Translations under genes and position numbers: made by a program
NCBI GenBank assembly: GCA_963728205.1
Contig: CAVSIV010000001.1
Span: forward strand, 608,001-672,000
DNA: 64,000 bases
Direction: 5' to 3'
Source of the DNA: an uncultured Chloroflexia bacterium
GTDB taxonomy: Bacteria > Chloroflexota > Dehalococcoidia > UBA2979
Shown: piece after piece, positions 18,588-27,702 of the stretch
Layout of the letters: every line of letters starts with the position of its first letter
Numbering within the stretch: the stretch's first letter is position 1
Notes under the pieces: model-generated
What the model was told of the DNA's origin: nothing
The model's database searches: none
What the model saw: the letters and a program-made list of their open reading frames with translations, nothing else

Positions 18588-19127
18588 TCACCGCTCTCGC
18601 GATGCCAGCGCCAGTGTCGCCGCGATGAACGACGTCTTCCCGTCCGTGTACGCCTCACGCGCGGTGCCGTGGCGCAGCGCGAGCGCGCGCTTCAGTGTCT
18701 CGTAAGCACGGGCGCGCTCGGGGTGCGCGCGCAGGTGGTCGCGGAAGCGCAGGTGGCGCTCGGCCTCTGGCGAGCCGGCGATGAGCATGTGGACGTGCTC
18801 GCGCCGCCGTCCGCGAGCGGCGTCGGCGGCGCGCACGAAGTAGTGGCGGCCGGGGATGCCGTTCTCGCCGCGGTACTCGTACCCCAGCGCCTCGAGCGCG
18901 GTGACGCACGCCGCGCCGTCCTCGAAGGTCGCCACCAGCGGCATGACGTCGACGACCGGCTTCCCCGCGAGCCCCGGCACGGAGGTGCTTCCGATGTGCT
19001 CGATCCCCGCCAGTCGCTCGCCGCAGGCTGCGCGGACCGCGGCGGCGGACGACTCGAACTGTGCCGGCCAGCGCGCGTCGTACTCGACGATCTCGATCGC
19101 GCCGGGCTCCGCGGCGTGCTCGCTCAC
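18588..19127 (-). CDS. GrpB/UPF0157 family protein (nucleotidyltransferase fold)
   Basis: YDARWP, IEHIGSTSVPGLAGKPVVD, FRDHLR, YTDGK; GTGA overlap with ligD stop. Confidence 0.92.
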   Translation of the reverse strand: MSEHAAEPGAIEIVEYDARWPAQFESSAAAVRAACGERLAGIEHIGSTSVPGLAGKPVVDVMPLVATFEDGAACVTALEALGYEYRGENGIPGRHYFVRAADAARGRRREHVHMLIAGSPEAERHLRFRDHLRAHPERARAYETLKRALALRHGTAREAYTDGKTSFIAATLALASRER

Positions 19128-21988
19128 GCCGGCGGCTCGCCGAGCAGCGCCTGCAGGTCGTGCTTCGCATCGAGGATGTGCGCCCACAGGTCGCCCACCC
19201 GTTCGACCCGCGCCTGCGCGGTCAGGATCGTGAACTCCGTCGGGAGCGTCTTACCGAGCTCGTCCCAGCGCAGCGGCATCGACACCGGTGCGCCGGGCTT
19301 CGCCCGCGGCGAGTACGGCCCCGCGAGGCTCTTGATGCGCGCGTTCTGGTTCGCGTCGAAGAACACCTTGCCGCGGCGCTTCTCGGTCGCCCACTCCATC
19401 GTCACTTCCTTCGAGTGCGCGCGCAGCAGGAAGCCGCCGAGCGTCTCGGCCACGCCGCGGATCGTCTCGTAGTCGTACTGGCGCAGCACGGGCACGTAGA
19501 TGTGCAGGCCCGTCGCGCCCGACGTCTTCACGAACGACGACATCCCGGCGCCGTCCAGCAGCTCCTTCAGCCAGCGCGCGACCTCGCACGTCTGCTGGAA
19601 GGCGCGGCGGTTGTACTCGGGCTCGGCGCCCTTCGCCTCCGTGCCCGCGTAGATGTACGGGTCGAGGTCGAACAGCACGAAGTCGGGGTAGTTGAGCACC
19701 GACCGCAGCACGGCGTCCTTCGACCCGCGGAAGTCCACCGCAAGGTGGCGGGCGTCGGGCTCGGGGTTCACGCGCGCCAGGCTGGTGTGGAGCGCGACGT
19801 CTGCGATCTGTCCGAGCCACACGAGCGTGGCGAGGTTGTTGACCAGCACGTACTCCTGGTCGCCGCCGCCGCTCTCCGTGTGCACGGTCACGGTCTCGAC
19901 GAAGTCGCCCGGGAGCTGCTCGACGTGCTTCTGGTAGAAGGACGAGCCCTCGATGCCGTTGGGGTAGCGCGTCATCGTGAGCGGGCGGTCGCGCAGGTGC
20001 GCGATCAGCAGCGGTGACATGCGCGCGTAGTAGGCGATGAGGTCACGCTTGGTCAGCGCGCGCTGGTCGCCGAGCGCCGGCCACATCACCTTGTCGAGGT
20101 TGGTGACGGCGACGCGATGCGGCCCGACCTCCAGCGTGAGCTGCTGCTGCTTCGCCTCGAGCTGCGCGAGCACCGAGGCGATCGCGTCGTCGCTCCCGGC
20201 GGCGGGCGCGGGTGTGGCGGCCGCGCGCGACCGCACGTCGGTGGCGGTCGCCGGCAGCGCCGACGTCGGCTCCTGGCGCACGACCTCGTCCGGGCCCTTG
20301 TCGTCGCGCAGCCGCTGGAAGACCGGCGCGCGCAGGTTGTGGTCGTTCGTCCACTGCGTGAATTCGACCTCGACGACGACCTCCGGGCGCACCCATGTCA
20401 CGTCTTTCGTGCCCGCCGGTACGCCCTCGCACGCCGGCGCGTCGCTGCGCAGCGGCTCGAGCCGCTGCAGCATGCGCGCGATGCCGCGGTCGTCGAATCC
20501 GCTGCCGACGCGCCCGGCGTGGACGAGCGGCCCGCCCGGCGCGTCTCGGGTCGCGATCGCGAGCGCGCCGAACGTATGCACGCGCGAGCCCTGGCCCGCG
20601 GAGTAGCCGACTACGACGAAGTCGTCGCTCTGCCGCGCTTTCACCTTCAGCCAGCTCTTCGACCGCCGGCCGGCCTCGTAGCGGCTGTCGCGGCGCTTTG
20701 CGACCAGGCCCTCGAGGCCGACGTCGACGGCGGCGCGGTAGGCGACGACGCCGTCCGCGTGGAAGTGGTCGACGCGCTGAATGCGCGTCGTGGGCATCAG
20801 GGTCAGCTGCAGGACGCGCTTGCGCTCATCGAGCGGCGACTTCTGCAGGTCGATGCCGTCGAGGTAGAGCAGGTCGAACGCGTAGTAGTAGACGGGGACG
20901 TCGCGCTCGGCCTGCTGGATCTCGACGGCGTTCGCCAGGTTCATGCGCTGCTGCAGCCGCTCGAACGACGGCAGGCCGTTCTCGCCGAGCGCGACGATCT
21001 CACCGTCGAGCACGAGGCTGTGTGCCGGCTGTCGCCCCAGCGCGGCCACGAGCGACGGGTACTGTGCCGACATGTCGAGCCCGCGTCGCGAGCGGAGCGT
21101 CACGCGGCCGTCGTGCAGCAGCGCGAGCGCGCGTACGCCGTCGAGCTTCGGCTCGAAGAGCCAGCGGTCGTCGGAGAACGGCCGATCGACGGGCGTGGCC
21201 TGCATCGGCTCGAGCGCCGCGGGAAACGGGGCGTTGCGCACGGCGCCGGGCAGCAGCGCGTGGTCGAGCGGCGGCGCGACGACGTCGCGCTGGGGCAGGC
21301 GGCCGGCCTGGAGGTCGGCGATGGTGAGGCCCGTCAGCACCGACGCATCCTCGTCGACGATCTCGCGCGTGGCGTTGGCGGCCTCGTCCCGGTGCTTGAT
21401 CATCAGCCATGAGTTCTCGGACTGAGCGGTCTTCACGAGCGTCCACGAGCCCTTGAGCTTGTGGCCACGCAGCGTCACCGAGACCTTGCCATCGGCGATC
21501 GCCTGCCGCATGCGCGCGTTCGCCTCGTGGCGGTCGCCGAACGCGAGGACGCCCTCCTCGTCGGGGGAGTAGGTGCCGCGGTCCCACACGATGACCTCGC
21601 CGGCGCCGTACTCGCCCTTCGGGATCAGGCCCTCGAACGTCGCGTAATCGAGCGGGTGGTCCTCGGTCATCACCGCCAGGCGCTTCTCGGCGGGGTCGAG
21701 CGACGGGCCTTTCGGCACCGGCCACGACTTCAGCACGCCGTCGACCTCGAGCCGCACGTCGTAGTGCAGCCGGGTGGCGCGGTGCTTCTGGACGACGAAC
21801 GTGAGCGGTCCCTCGCCCGGCTCGGCGTCCGCCGGTGAGGGCTCCGGCGTGCGCGAGAAGTCGCGCATCGCTCCGTAGGCGCCGAGCGGCGCGCGCTCGG
21901 TCGGATCGTCGGTGTTGGACTCGCGCCGGTCCCGCTCGGCGCGCGGCGTCCCCGCGCGCGCGGAAGTGCTGCGTCGAGCGCGCGGCAT
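19124..21988 (-). CDS. ligD: NHEJ DNA ligase D (phosphoesterase-ligase-polymerase domain order)
   Basis: PE: RDFSRTPEP, FVVQKHRATRLHYDVRLE; ligase: EPKLDG, EGLVAK, WLKVK; AEP polymerase: TNLDKV, FDLDP, KTSGATGLH. Start may be at 21868. Confidence 0.96.
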   Translation of the reverse strand: MPRARRSTSARAGTPRAERDRRESNTDDPTERAPLGAYGAMRDFSRTPEPSPADAEPGEGPLTFVVQKHRATRLHYDVRLEVDGVLKSWPVPKGPSLDPAEKRLAVMTEDHPLDYATFEGLIPKGEYGAGEVIVWDRGTYSPDEEGVLAFGDRHEANARMRQAIADGKVSVTLRGHKLKGSWTLVKTAQSENSWLMIKHRDEAANATREIVDEDASVLTGLTIADLQAGRLPQRDVVAPPLDHALLPGAVRNAPFPAALEPMQATPVDRPFSDDRWLFEPKLDGVRALALLHDGRVTLRSRRGLDMSAQYPSLVAALGRQPAHSLVLDGEIVALGENGLPSFERLQQRMNLANAVEIQQAERDVPVYYYAFDLLYLDGIDLQKSPLDERKRVLQLTLMPTTRIQRVDHFHADGVVAYRAAVDVGLEGLVAKRRDSRYEAGRRSKSWLKVKARQSDDFVVVGYSAGQGSRVHTFGALAIATRDAPGGPLVHAGRVGSGFDDRGIARMLQRLEPLRSDAPACEGVPAGTKDVTWVRPEVVVEVEFTQWTNDHNLRAPVFQRLRDDKGPDEVVRQEPTSALPATATDVRSRAAATPAPAAGSDDAIASVLAQLEAKQQQLTLEVGPHRVAVTNLDKVMWPALGDQRALTKRDLIAYYARMSPLLIAHLRDRPLTMTRYPNGIEGSSFYQKHVEQLPGDFVETVTVHTESGGGDQEYVLVNNLATLVWLGQIADVALHTSLARVNPEPDARHLAVDFRGSKDAVLRSVLNYPDFVLFDLDPYIYAGTEAKGAEPEYNRRAFQQTCEVARWLKELLDGAGMSSFVKTSGATGLHIYVPVLRQYDYETIRGVAETLGGFLLRAHSKEVTMEWATEKRRGKVFFDANQNARIKSLAGPYSPRAKPGAPVSMPLRWDELGKTLPTEFTILTAQARVERVGDLWAHILDAKHDLQALLGEPPA

Positions 21989-21991
21989 GGC

Positions 21992-22906
21992 CTAGGTGCG
22001 GGCCCGCGACTTCCGCGAGCTCGACTTCTTCTTCGCCGTCGGCGCGGGCTCGGCGTCTGCCGCTTCCGTGTCGGCCTCGCCGGCCGCTTCCGTCTCGGCC
22101 TCGGTCGCGCCGTTCTTCGCCGCGGCGCCGCCCTTGCGCTGCTGTGTCGCCTCGATGCTCGCGCGCAGCGCGGCCATGAGGTCGACGGGCTGCGGCGCCG
22201 CGGCCTCCTCCTCGTGGCTGACCACCTCGCCGCCCTCGAGCTTCGCGGTGATGCGCTCTATCAGCGCCTCGCGGTACTCGTCGCGGTACTGCGTCGGATC
22301 GAACGGCTCCTGCAGCATCTCGATCAGCGAGTGCGCCATCTTCAGCTCCTGCGCCGAGAGCTTGACGCTCGACACGTCGATCTCGGGCTCGGAGCGGATT
22401 TCGTCCGGGTAGAACAGCGTCTCCAGCACGATGCGGCCATCCTGCGGCCGGAGCACGCAGAGTGACTCCCGGTTGCGGATGGCGATCTTGCCGATGGCGA
22501 CGAGCTGCTTGTCCTGCACGGACTGCATGAGCAGCGCGTACGGCTTCACGCCAGCCTCGTCCGGCTCGAGGTAGTAGCCCTTCTCGTAGTAGAGCGGGTC
22601 GATCTCGGCCGACTCGACGAAGTTCGTGATCTCGATCGTCCGCTTGCTGGGAACGGGGAGGTCCTCGAAGTCCTCGTCGGTGAGGACGACGTACTGGTCC
22701 TTCGCGTACTCGTAGCCGCGCACGATCTCGTCGTAGGCGACCTCGCGCTCCTCGGCCGGGCACCAGCGCAGCTGGCGGATGCGCACCAGGTCGTCGCGGT
22801 GCAGCTGACGAAAGCCGATGTCTTTGCTGTCGGTGGCGGTGTAGAGCTTCACGGGGATGGAGACCATCCCGAAGCTGATCGCACCGCTCCAGATTGCGCG
22901 GGGCAT
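21992..22906 (-). CDS. ku: NHEJ Ku protein
   Basis: MPRAIWSGAISFGMVSIPVKLY, YYLEP, DEYRE, DLMAALRAS, basic C-terminal tail. Confidence 0.97.
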   Translation of the reverse strand: MPRAIWSGAISFGMVSIPVKLYTATDSKDIGFRQLHRDDLVRIRQLRWCPAEEREVAYDEIVRGYEYAKDQYVVLTDEDFEDLPVPSKRTIEITNFVESAEIDPLYYEKGYYLEPDEAGVKPYALLMQSVQDKQLVAIGKIAIRNRESLCVLRPQDGRIVLETLFYPDEIRSEPEIDVSSVKLSAQELKMAHSLIEMLQEPFDPTQYRDEYREALIERITAKLEGGEVVSHEEEAAAPQPVDLMAALRASIEATQQRKGGAAAKNGATEAETEAAGEADTEAADAEPAPTAKKKSSSRKSRART

Positions 22907-22996
22907 GGTGGGGCTCCCTTCGCCCGCCTGGAGTTTCGAGTATAGAGAGCCGAGGACCAGAGCGATGAACGGTGGCCGACCGGGGGGCGCGCGCCG

Positions 22997-23335
22997 CTAC
23001 ATCTTCAGCAGCGACTGCTCGATCCAGCGAATGGCGGCTTCGCCCTCGGCACGCGCCTCGGTGCGGCCGAGGAGCATCGGGGCGATGGCCTCGATCACGG
23101 CGGCGAGCTCAGGGTCGTCGCCGCGCAGGCGCTCGTGCGCCTCGACGGGCGACACGCCTTCCTGCCAGTAGGGGCGGAGTGCCTCGGTCACGAAGGCGCC
23201 GCCGAGCAGCTGGACGCGCTCCTCGTGGGTGAGGCCGGCGGCGCGCTGCAGATCGCTCAGCGCGGTCAGGACGTCGTCGGAGGAGCCCCCGTGCACCTCG
23301 AAGCGAAGCACCCGGCGGCCTGGGGTCATAGCCAT
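22997..23335 (-). CDS. Hypothetical protein (112 aa) upstream of ku
   Basis: AAGGAGG RBS before ATG at 23335; MAMTPGRRVLRFEVH...; helical composition. Confidence 0.75.
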   Translation of the reverse strand: MAMTPGRRVLRFEVHGGSSDDVLTALSDLQRAAGLTHEERVQLLGGAFVTEALRPYWQEGVSPVEAHERLRGDDPELAAVIEAIAPMLLGRTEARAEGEAAIRWIEQSLLKM

Positions 23336-23350
23336 GACCTGCCTCCTTCG

Positions 23351-23368
23351 CGCGAACGCCAGTTCGCG
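23351..23368. promoter_or_regulatory. LexA/SOS-type operator (GAAC-N4-GTTC)
   Basis: CGC-GAAC-GCCA-GTTC-GCG, palindromic flanks, core 18 nt upstream of the start at 23335. Confidence 0.65.
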
Positions 23369-23496
23369 CATTGGATCGAGCGGATAAACAGTTCAAATGT
23401 TCGCTCTCCGCGAGGATACGACCGGTGCTCGCGGATGACAACAGGAATCCGGGCCCCCGGGCGGGGCAGCCGCGTCGCCCCCGCGCGACCCCGCGC

Positions 23497-24372
23497 TCAG
23501 CCGAGGAGTGTCGCGGGATTGTCGCGCACCATGCGCCGCACGTCGTCCTCGGCGAACCCGGACATCACGAAGTAGTCGGCCCACATGCCCAGTCCGACCG
23601 GCGGGTCGGGGTTCGGCGCCTGGCCGAGGTCGGTCGAGAGGATGACGTGCTCCGGTCCCACGGCGCGCACCTGCGCCGCGACCTGCTCGAACGCCTCGTC
23701 GCCACCGGGACCGAACGACGGCATCGCGCACTGCTCGATGTACGCGCCCATGCCGGCGAGCTCCCGCTGTGCGTCGACCGGGAACCAGAAGGCGGCGTGC
23801 GTGACCACGCTGCGGATCGCGCGCCCGCGCGCCTCGCGCATGAGCACGAGCGTCTCCTCGACGGAGAGGTGCCCGCTCGCCAGCACGGCGTCGTGCGCGC
23901 CGATCATGTCGAGGATCGTCATCACCTCGGGGAGCAGCCGGCCGTCGGCGTCGAGCACGCGCAGCGCCGGCCCGGTGCGCGACTGCGAAGACGGGCGGTA
24001 GGCACGCCACTGCGCGGCGTCGAACGTGGGCATCCAGACCACCTTCGCGCCGATGCGCAGCGACACGCGAACGGCCTCGGGGTTGAGCCCGCCGACGCCG
24101 TGGTCGAGCGAGAGCCCGCCGTAGACGCGCAGCGGCTCGACCTCGCCCGCGAGGGCCCAGGCAAGCGGTGCCGTGGGGTACTCGTGGCTCTTCAGCACGA
24201 GGCCCGCCATGCCGGCGCGCCGCGCACGATGGACGAGCGCGCGGGCGTCGAGCCGGCGGGCGGCGTCGGGGTCCGGCGCGGCATGCACGTGGATGTCGAT
24301 CGCGCCGTCGAGCAGCGCGCGGGCGCGCGGGGTGAGCTCGTCGAGCGTTGGCCAGTCGGATGTGGCGGTCAC
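23497..24372 (-). CDS. DUF6282-like amidohydrolase-superfamily metalloprotein
   Basis: AIDIHVHAAPD, VLKSH, VVWMPT, LASGH, VVTH, LSTDLGQ, NPATLL. Confidence 0.8.
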   Translation of the reverse strand: MTATSDWPTLDELTPRARALLDGAIDIHVHAAPDPDAARRLDARALVHRARRAGMAGLVLKSHEYPTAPLAWALAGEVEPLRVYGGLSLDHGVGGLNPEAVRVSLRIGAKVVWMPTFDAAQWRAYRPSSQSRTGPALRVLDADGRLLPEVMTILDMIGAHDAVLASGHLSVEETLVLMREARGRAIRSVVTHAAFWFPVDAQRELAGMGAYIEQCAMPSFGPGGDEAFEQVAAQVRAVGPEHVILSTDLGQAPNPDPPVGLGMWADYFVMSGFAEDDVRRMVRDNPATLLG

Positions 24373-24460
24373 GCGGTGACGATAGCGCGCGAGGCCGCTG
24401 CGCGGGCGTCCGCCCGCACCGTCGCGTGGGTGGCGGCCGCCCGCCGACGGCTGGCGCCGC

Positions 24461-24724
24461 CTATCCGCCGGCGATCGCGGGGACCAGGTGGATCTCGTCA
24501 GCGTCGCCCACCGGCTGCGACAGGTCGTTCTCGGTGATCGTGCTGTTGACCGCGATCGCCAGGTCGCGCCGCACGCGGCCGTCGTCGACGATCAGCCGCT
24601 TGATGCCCGGGCACTCCGCGTCCAGCGCGTCGATCACCGCGCGCAGTGTCCCGGCAGGCACCTCGACGCGATCGCGCCCGGCGCTCGCGTCGCGCATGTG
24701 CGAGGGGATGTGGACGACTGGCAT
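24461..24724 (-). CDS. MoaD/ThiS family sulfur carrier protein
   Basis: 87-aa beta-grasp protein ending in PAIAGG; ATG at 24724 with GGAGG upstream. Confidence 0.9.
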   Translation of the reverse strand: MPVVHIPSHMRDASAGRDRVEVPAGTLRAVIDALDAECPGIKRLIVDDGRVRRDLAIAVNSTITENDLSQPVGDADEIHLVPAIAGG

Positions 24725-24740
24725 GCTTCGATCCTCCGTG

Positions 24741-24763
24741 TCGGCGGCATGTCTGCCGCCGCT
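24741..24763 (-). repeat. REP-like palindromic unit, single copy
   Basis: Reverse complement AGCGGCGGCAGACATGCCGCCGA matches copies at 33148, 45310 and 49227. Confidence 0.75.
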
Positions 24764-24785
24764 TCGGCGCCCCGGCTGCCCGCCC

Positions 24786-25157
24786 TCACCGTGCCGGCGG
24801 GGTGCGCGGCTGCTCGATCGCTGCTCGCAGCTCCGCCGCCGCCGCGTCGAGCGTCTCCAGCGCCGGCCGCGCGAACTCCACCTCCGCGAGCATCCCGCGC
24901 ACGTACTCGATGCTCTCCGCCGCGCTCTCGGCCGCGGTGACCAGCCGCTCGTGCATGTTGCACGCGCGCACGATGAACTCCGCGTTCGCCTCGGCGTCGC
25001 CGATCGCACGATGGTCGAGCAGGCGGATGCTCGTATAGGCCTCGGCGACCAGCGCGTCGTCGTCGACCAGCGTTCCGATGATCACCCCGACGCCGCGATC
25101 CTGCCGCGGCTGGATCCGCCACGGACCGGCGGTGCGATGCGGAGCGTCGTCGGCCAT
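24786..25157 (-). CDS. Hypothetical protein resembling small phage proteins
   Basis: RTAGPW...EANAEFIVRACN...LRAAI pattern; GGAGG upstream of ATG. Confidence 0.7.
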   Translation of the reverse strand: MADDAPHRTAGPWRIQPRQDRGVGVIIGTLVDDDALVAEAYTSIRLLDHRAIGDAEANAEFIVRACNMHERLVTAAESAAESIEYVRGMLAEVEFARPALETLDAAAAELRAAIEQPRTPPAR

Positions 25158-25207
25158 CTCGCGCCTCCATCCATCCCGGCACGCGACCGTGCGGCACCAG
25201 TGATAGC

Positions 25208-25237
25208 AGACGAGCGGGGCCGCCGCCCCGCTCGTCT
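25208..25237 (-). terminator. GC hairpin downstream of the Mo-hydroxylase large subunit
   Basis: 13-bp perfect stem AGACGAGCGGGGC-cgcc-GCCCCGCTCGTCT; no clear U-tract. Confidence 0.6.
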
Positions 25238-25260
25238 TGCGTACGCATCCGGAGCCGCGG

Positions 25261-27534
25261 CTACTCGGGGAGGAGCTCCTCGAGGATCACCCGCGGCGAC
25301 ATCGGCATCTGGTGGAAGCGGATGCCGATGGCGTCGTAGACCGCCTGCTGCAGCGCCGGCATCGGCGGCACGATCGGCACCTCGCCGACGCCGCGCACGC
25401 CGTACGGGTGGCCCGGGTTCGGCACCTCGACCAGCACCGTGTCGAGCATCGGCAGGTCGTTCGCGACGGGCATGCGGTAGTCGAGGAAGCTCGCGTTCCG
25501 CAGGTGCCCCTCGTCGTCGTAGAAGTACTCCTCGTTCAGCGCCATGCCGATGCCCTGGGCGACGCCGCCCTGGATCTGGCCCTCGACGTACGACGGGTGG
25601 ATCGCGGTGCCGACGTCCTGCACGGCCGTGTAGCGCAGCACCTCGACCTTGCCGGTGTCGCGGTCGACCTTCACGTCGACGATGTGACCGGCGTATGCCG
25701 GGCCGGCGGTGTTCTTCCGCACGGTCGCCGAGACGGCGATCATGCCGCCGGTCGCGGCGAGCTTCGCTGCGAGTTCCTTGAACGACAGCTCCTTGCCCTC
25801 GGGGCCACGGATCACGCCGTCGTCGTCGTACTTCACCTGCTCGACGTCCGTCTCCCAGATCCGCGCCGCGCGCTCCCGCATCTGCGCGCGGATCTGCTGG
25901 CCGAGCTCATACGCGACCCAGCCGCCGGCGAACGTCGTGCGGCTGCCGCCGGTGACGGCGGTGTAGCCGACGCCGTCGGTGTCGGTCACGTGCGGCTTGA
26001 TCACGTCGTTCTCGATGCCGAGCGTCTCGGCGAGCTGCATCGACAGCGACGCGCGCGTGCCGCCGATGTCGGTGGAGCCGAGGATCAGCGACACGATGCC
26101 GTCGGAGTTCACCGTCGCGCTGGAGGACGACTCCATGCCGCCGTTGAACCAGAAGCCCATCGCCACGCCGCGCCCGACGTCCTCGCCGGTGAGCTCGGAC
26201 GTGTAGTGCGGGTGGTTCTTGACGGTCTCCATCACCTCCTTCGCGCCGATGCGCGGCCAGGGCTGGCCGGCGGCGTTGCCGGTGCCCTCCTCGGAGGCGT
26301 TCTTCAGACGCAGCTCCATCGGGTCCATCTCGAGCTGCTCGGCGAGCTCGTCGATGACCGCCTCCACGGCGAACTCCGACGCCGGGGCGCCGGGTGCGCG
26401 GTAGGCCGCCGTCTTCGGGCCGTTCACGACGACGTCGAAGCCGTCGATCTGCTGGTTCGCGATGTTGTATGGCGCGAGGGCGCACATGGCACCGGCGCCG
26501 ACGGGCGAGCCGGGGTACGCACCGGCCTCGTACGCGAGGTAGGCGTTGGCCGCGACGATCGTGCCGTCGCGCTTCGCGCCGATCTTCACGCGCGAGTAGG
26601 TGGCCGAGGTCGGGCCCGTGGCCTGGAAGACGTCCTCGCGGGTCATCCACAGCTTCACCGGGTGCCCGGTCCGCTTCGACAGCAGCGCCGCGACGGCCTC
26701 CAGGTAGATCGGGAGCTTGCCGCCGAAGCCGCCGCCGATCTCCATCGGCACGACCTTCACGCGCGTCGTCGAGACGCCGAGCACGGCCGCGACCTGCTCG
26801 CGCACGGAGAACGCGCCCTGCGTGGAGGTCCACACGGTCACGTCGCCGTCGCGGCTCCAGTACGCGGTCGCGTTCTGCGGCTCGATGTAGCCCTGGTGGA
26901 ACATCGACGTCTCGAACTCGCGCTCGACCACGACGTCGGCCTCGGCGAAGCCGGCCTCGACGTCGCCCTTCTCCAGGCGCATGTGCATCGCGATGTTCGT
27001 CGGCCGGTCCGGCGCCGGCTCGACGCCGCGCGCGCGCACCGTGGTGCGGAGCTCGTCGTGCAGGATCGGCGCGGTGTCGAGCATCGCCTCGCGCACGTCG
27101 ATCACGGCCGGCAGGACCTCGTAGTCGACCTCGATCAGGGCGAGCGCGTCCTCGGCGACGTGCTGGTCCGTCGCGGCGACGGCCGCGATCGCGTGGCCGT
27201 GGTAGAGCGCCTTGTCCGAGGCGAGGAGGTTGTCGAGCAGCCACTTCGCGTTGGCGCTGGACTCGCCGAGATCGAGGTCGCCCTCGCCGGCGCGCGGGAA
27301 GTCCGCGTTGGTGATGACGGCCTTCACGCCCGGCAGGGCGGCGGCCTTCGAGGTGTCGATGCGGGTGATGCGGGCGTGCGCGTGCGGGCTGCGCAGCACC
27401 GCACCAAAGAGCATGCCCTCTTCCTTGGTGTCGGCGCCGTACTCGGCCCGGCCGGTGACCTTGTCGACGCCGTCCGGGCGGACCGGGCGGGTGCCGATGA
27501 CCTTGTACGTGCGTGGCTTCTCGGGGGCGACCAT
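25261..27534 (-). CDS. Xanthine dehydrogenase-family molybdopterin-binding large subunit
   Basis: DKVTGRAEY, RSPHAHARI, GGGFGGK, AYRAPG, GGSRT, EGQIQGG, RGVGE. Confidence 0.95.
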   Translation of the reverse strand: MVAPEKPRTYKVIGTRPVRPDGVDKVTGRAEYGADTKEEGMLFGAVLRSPHAHARITRIDTSKAAALPGVKAVITNADFPRAGEGDLDLGESSANAKWLLDNLLASDKALYHGHAIAAVAATDQHVAEDALALIEVDYEVLPAVIDVREAMLDTAPILHDELRTTVRARGVEPAPDRPTNIAMHMRLEKGDVEAGFAEADVVVEREFETSMFHQGYIEPQNATAYWSRDGDVTVWTSTQGAFSVREQVAAVLGVSTTRVKVVPMEIGGGFGGKLPIYLEAVAALLSKRTGHPVKLWMTREDVFQATGPTSATYSRVKIGAKRDGTIVAANAYLAYEAGAYPGSPVGAGAMCALAPYNIANQQIDGFDVVVNGPKTAAYRAPGAPASEFAVEAVIDELAEQLEMDPMELRLKNASEEGTGNAAGQPWPRIGAKEVMETVKNHPHYTSELTGEDVGRGVAMGFWFNGGMESSSSATVNSDGIVSLILGSTDIGGTRASLSMQLAETLGIENDVIKPHVTDTDGVGYTAVTGGSRTTFAGGWVAYELGQQIRAQMRERAARIWETDVEQVKYDDDGVIRGPEGKELSFKELAAKLAATGGMIAVSATVRKNTAGPAYAGHIVDVKVDRDTGKVEVLRYTAVQDVGTAIHPSYVEGQIQGGVAQGIGMALNEEYFYDDEGHLRNASFLDYRMPVANDLPMLDTVLVEVPNPGHPYGVRGVGEVPIVPPMPALQQAVYDAIGIRFHQMPMSPRVILEELLPE

Positions 27535-27557
27535 ATTTCCCTGCTTTCCGCGCTACC

Positions 27558-27649
27558 GGCCGGGACCGCTCACGCCTGACGGCGTCAGCGGCTCCCGGCC
27601 TATCTGCCTGCGCTCGCTCCGCTGGCGCTTCGCTCGCTCCGGCGAGCGC
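27558..27649. repeat. Two GC-rich hairpins in the intra-operon spacer (REP-like or processing structure)
   Basis: Interrupted stem 27558-27600 (GGCCGGGA...TCCCGGCC) and GCGCTCGC...GCGAGCGC 27610-27649. Confidence 0.5.
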
Positions 27650-27702
27650 GCGGTCGAGCTGAGGTGGGTGGGTGCGTTTCCGCGCCCTCGCGGGCACGTC
27701 TC

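Noticed and set aside
16217-25157. Prophage or integrative element suggested by XRE, Ku/LigD and a phage-like orphan
   Set aside because: No integrase, structural genes, att repeats or compositional shift; flanking genes are housekeeping.
25237-27579. Long antisense ORFs (e.g. 25237-27579 +, 41873-44752 -, 51994-53997 +, 33282-35450 -)
   Set aside because: They mirror well-supported genes on the opposite strand, are Arg/Ala/Gly-rich with no motifs, and are expected in very high-GC DNA.
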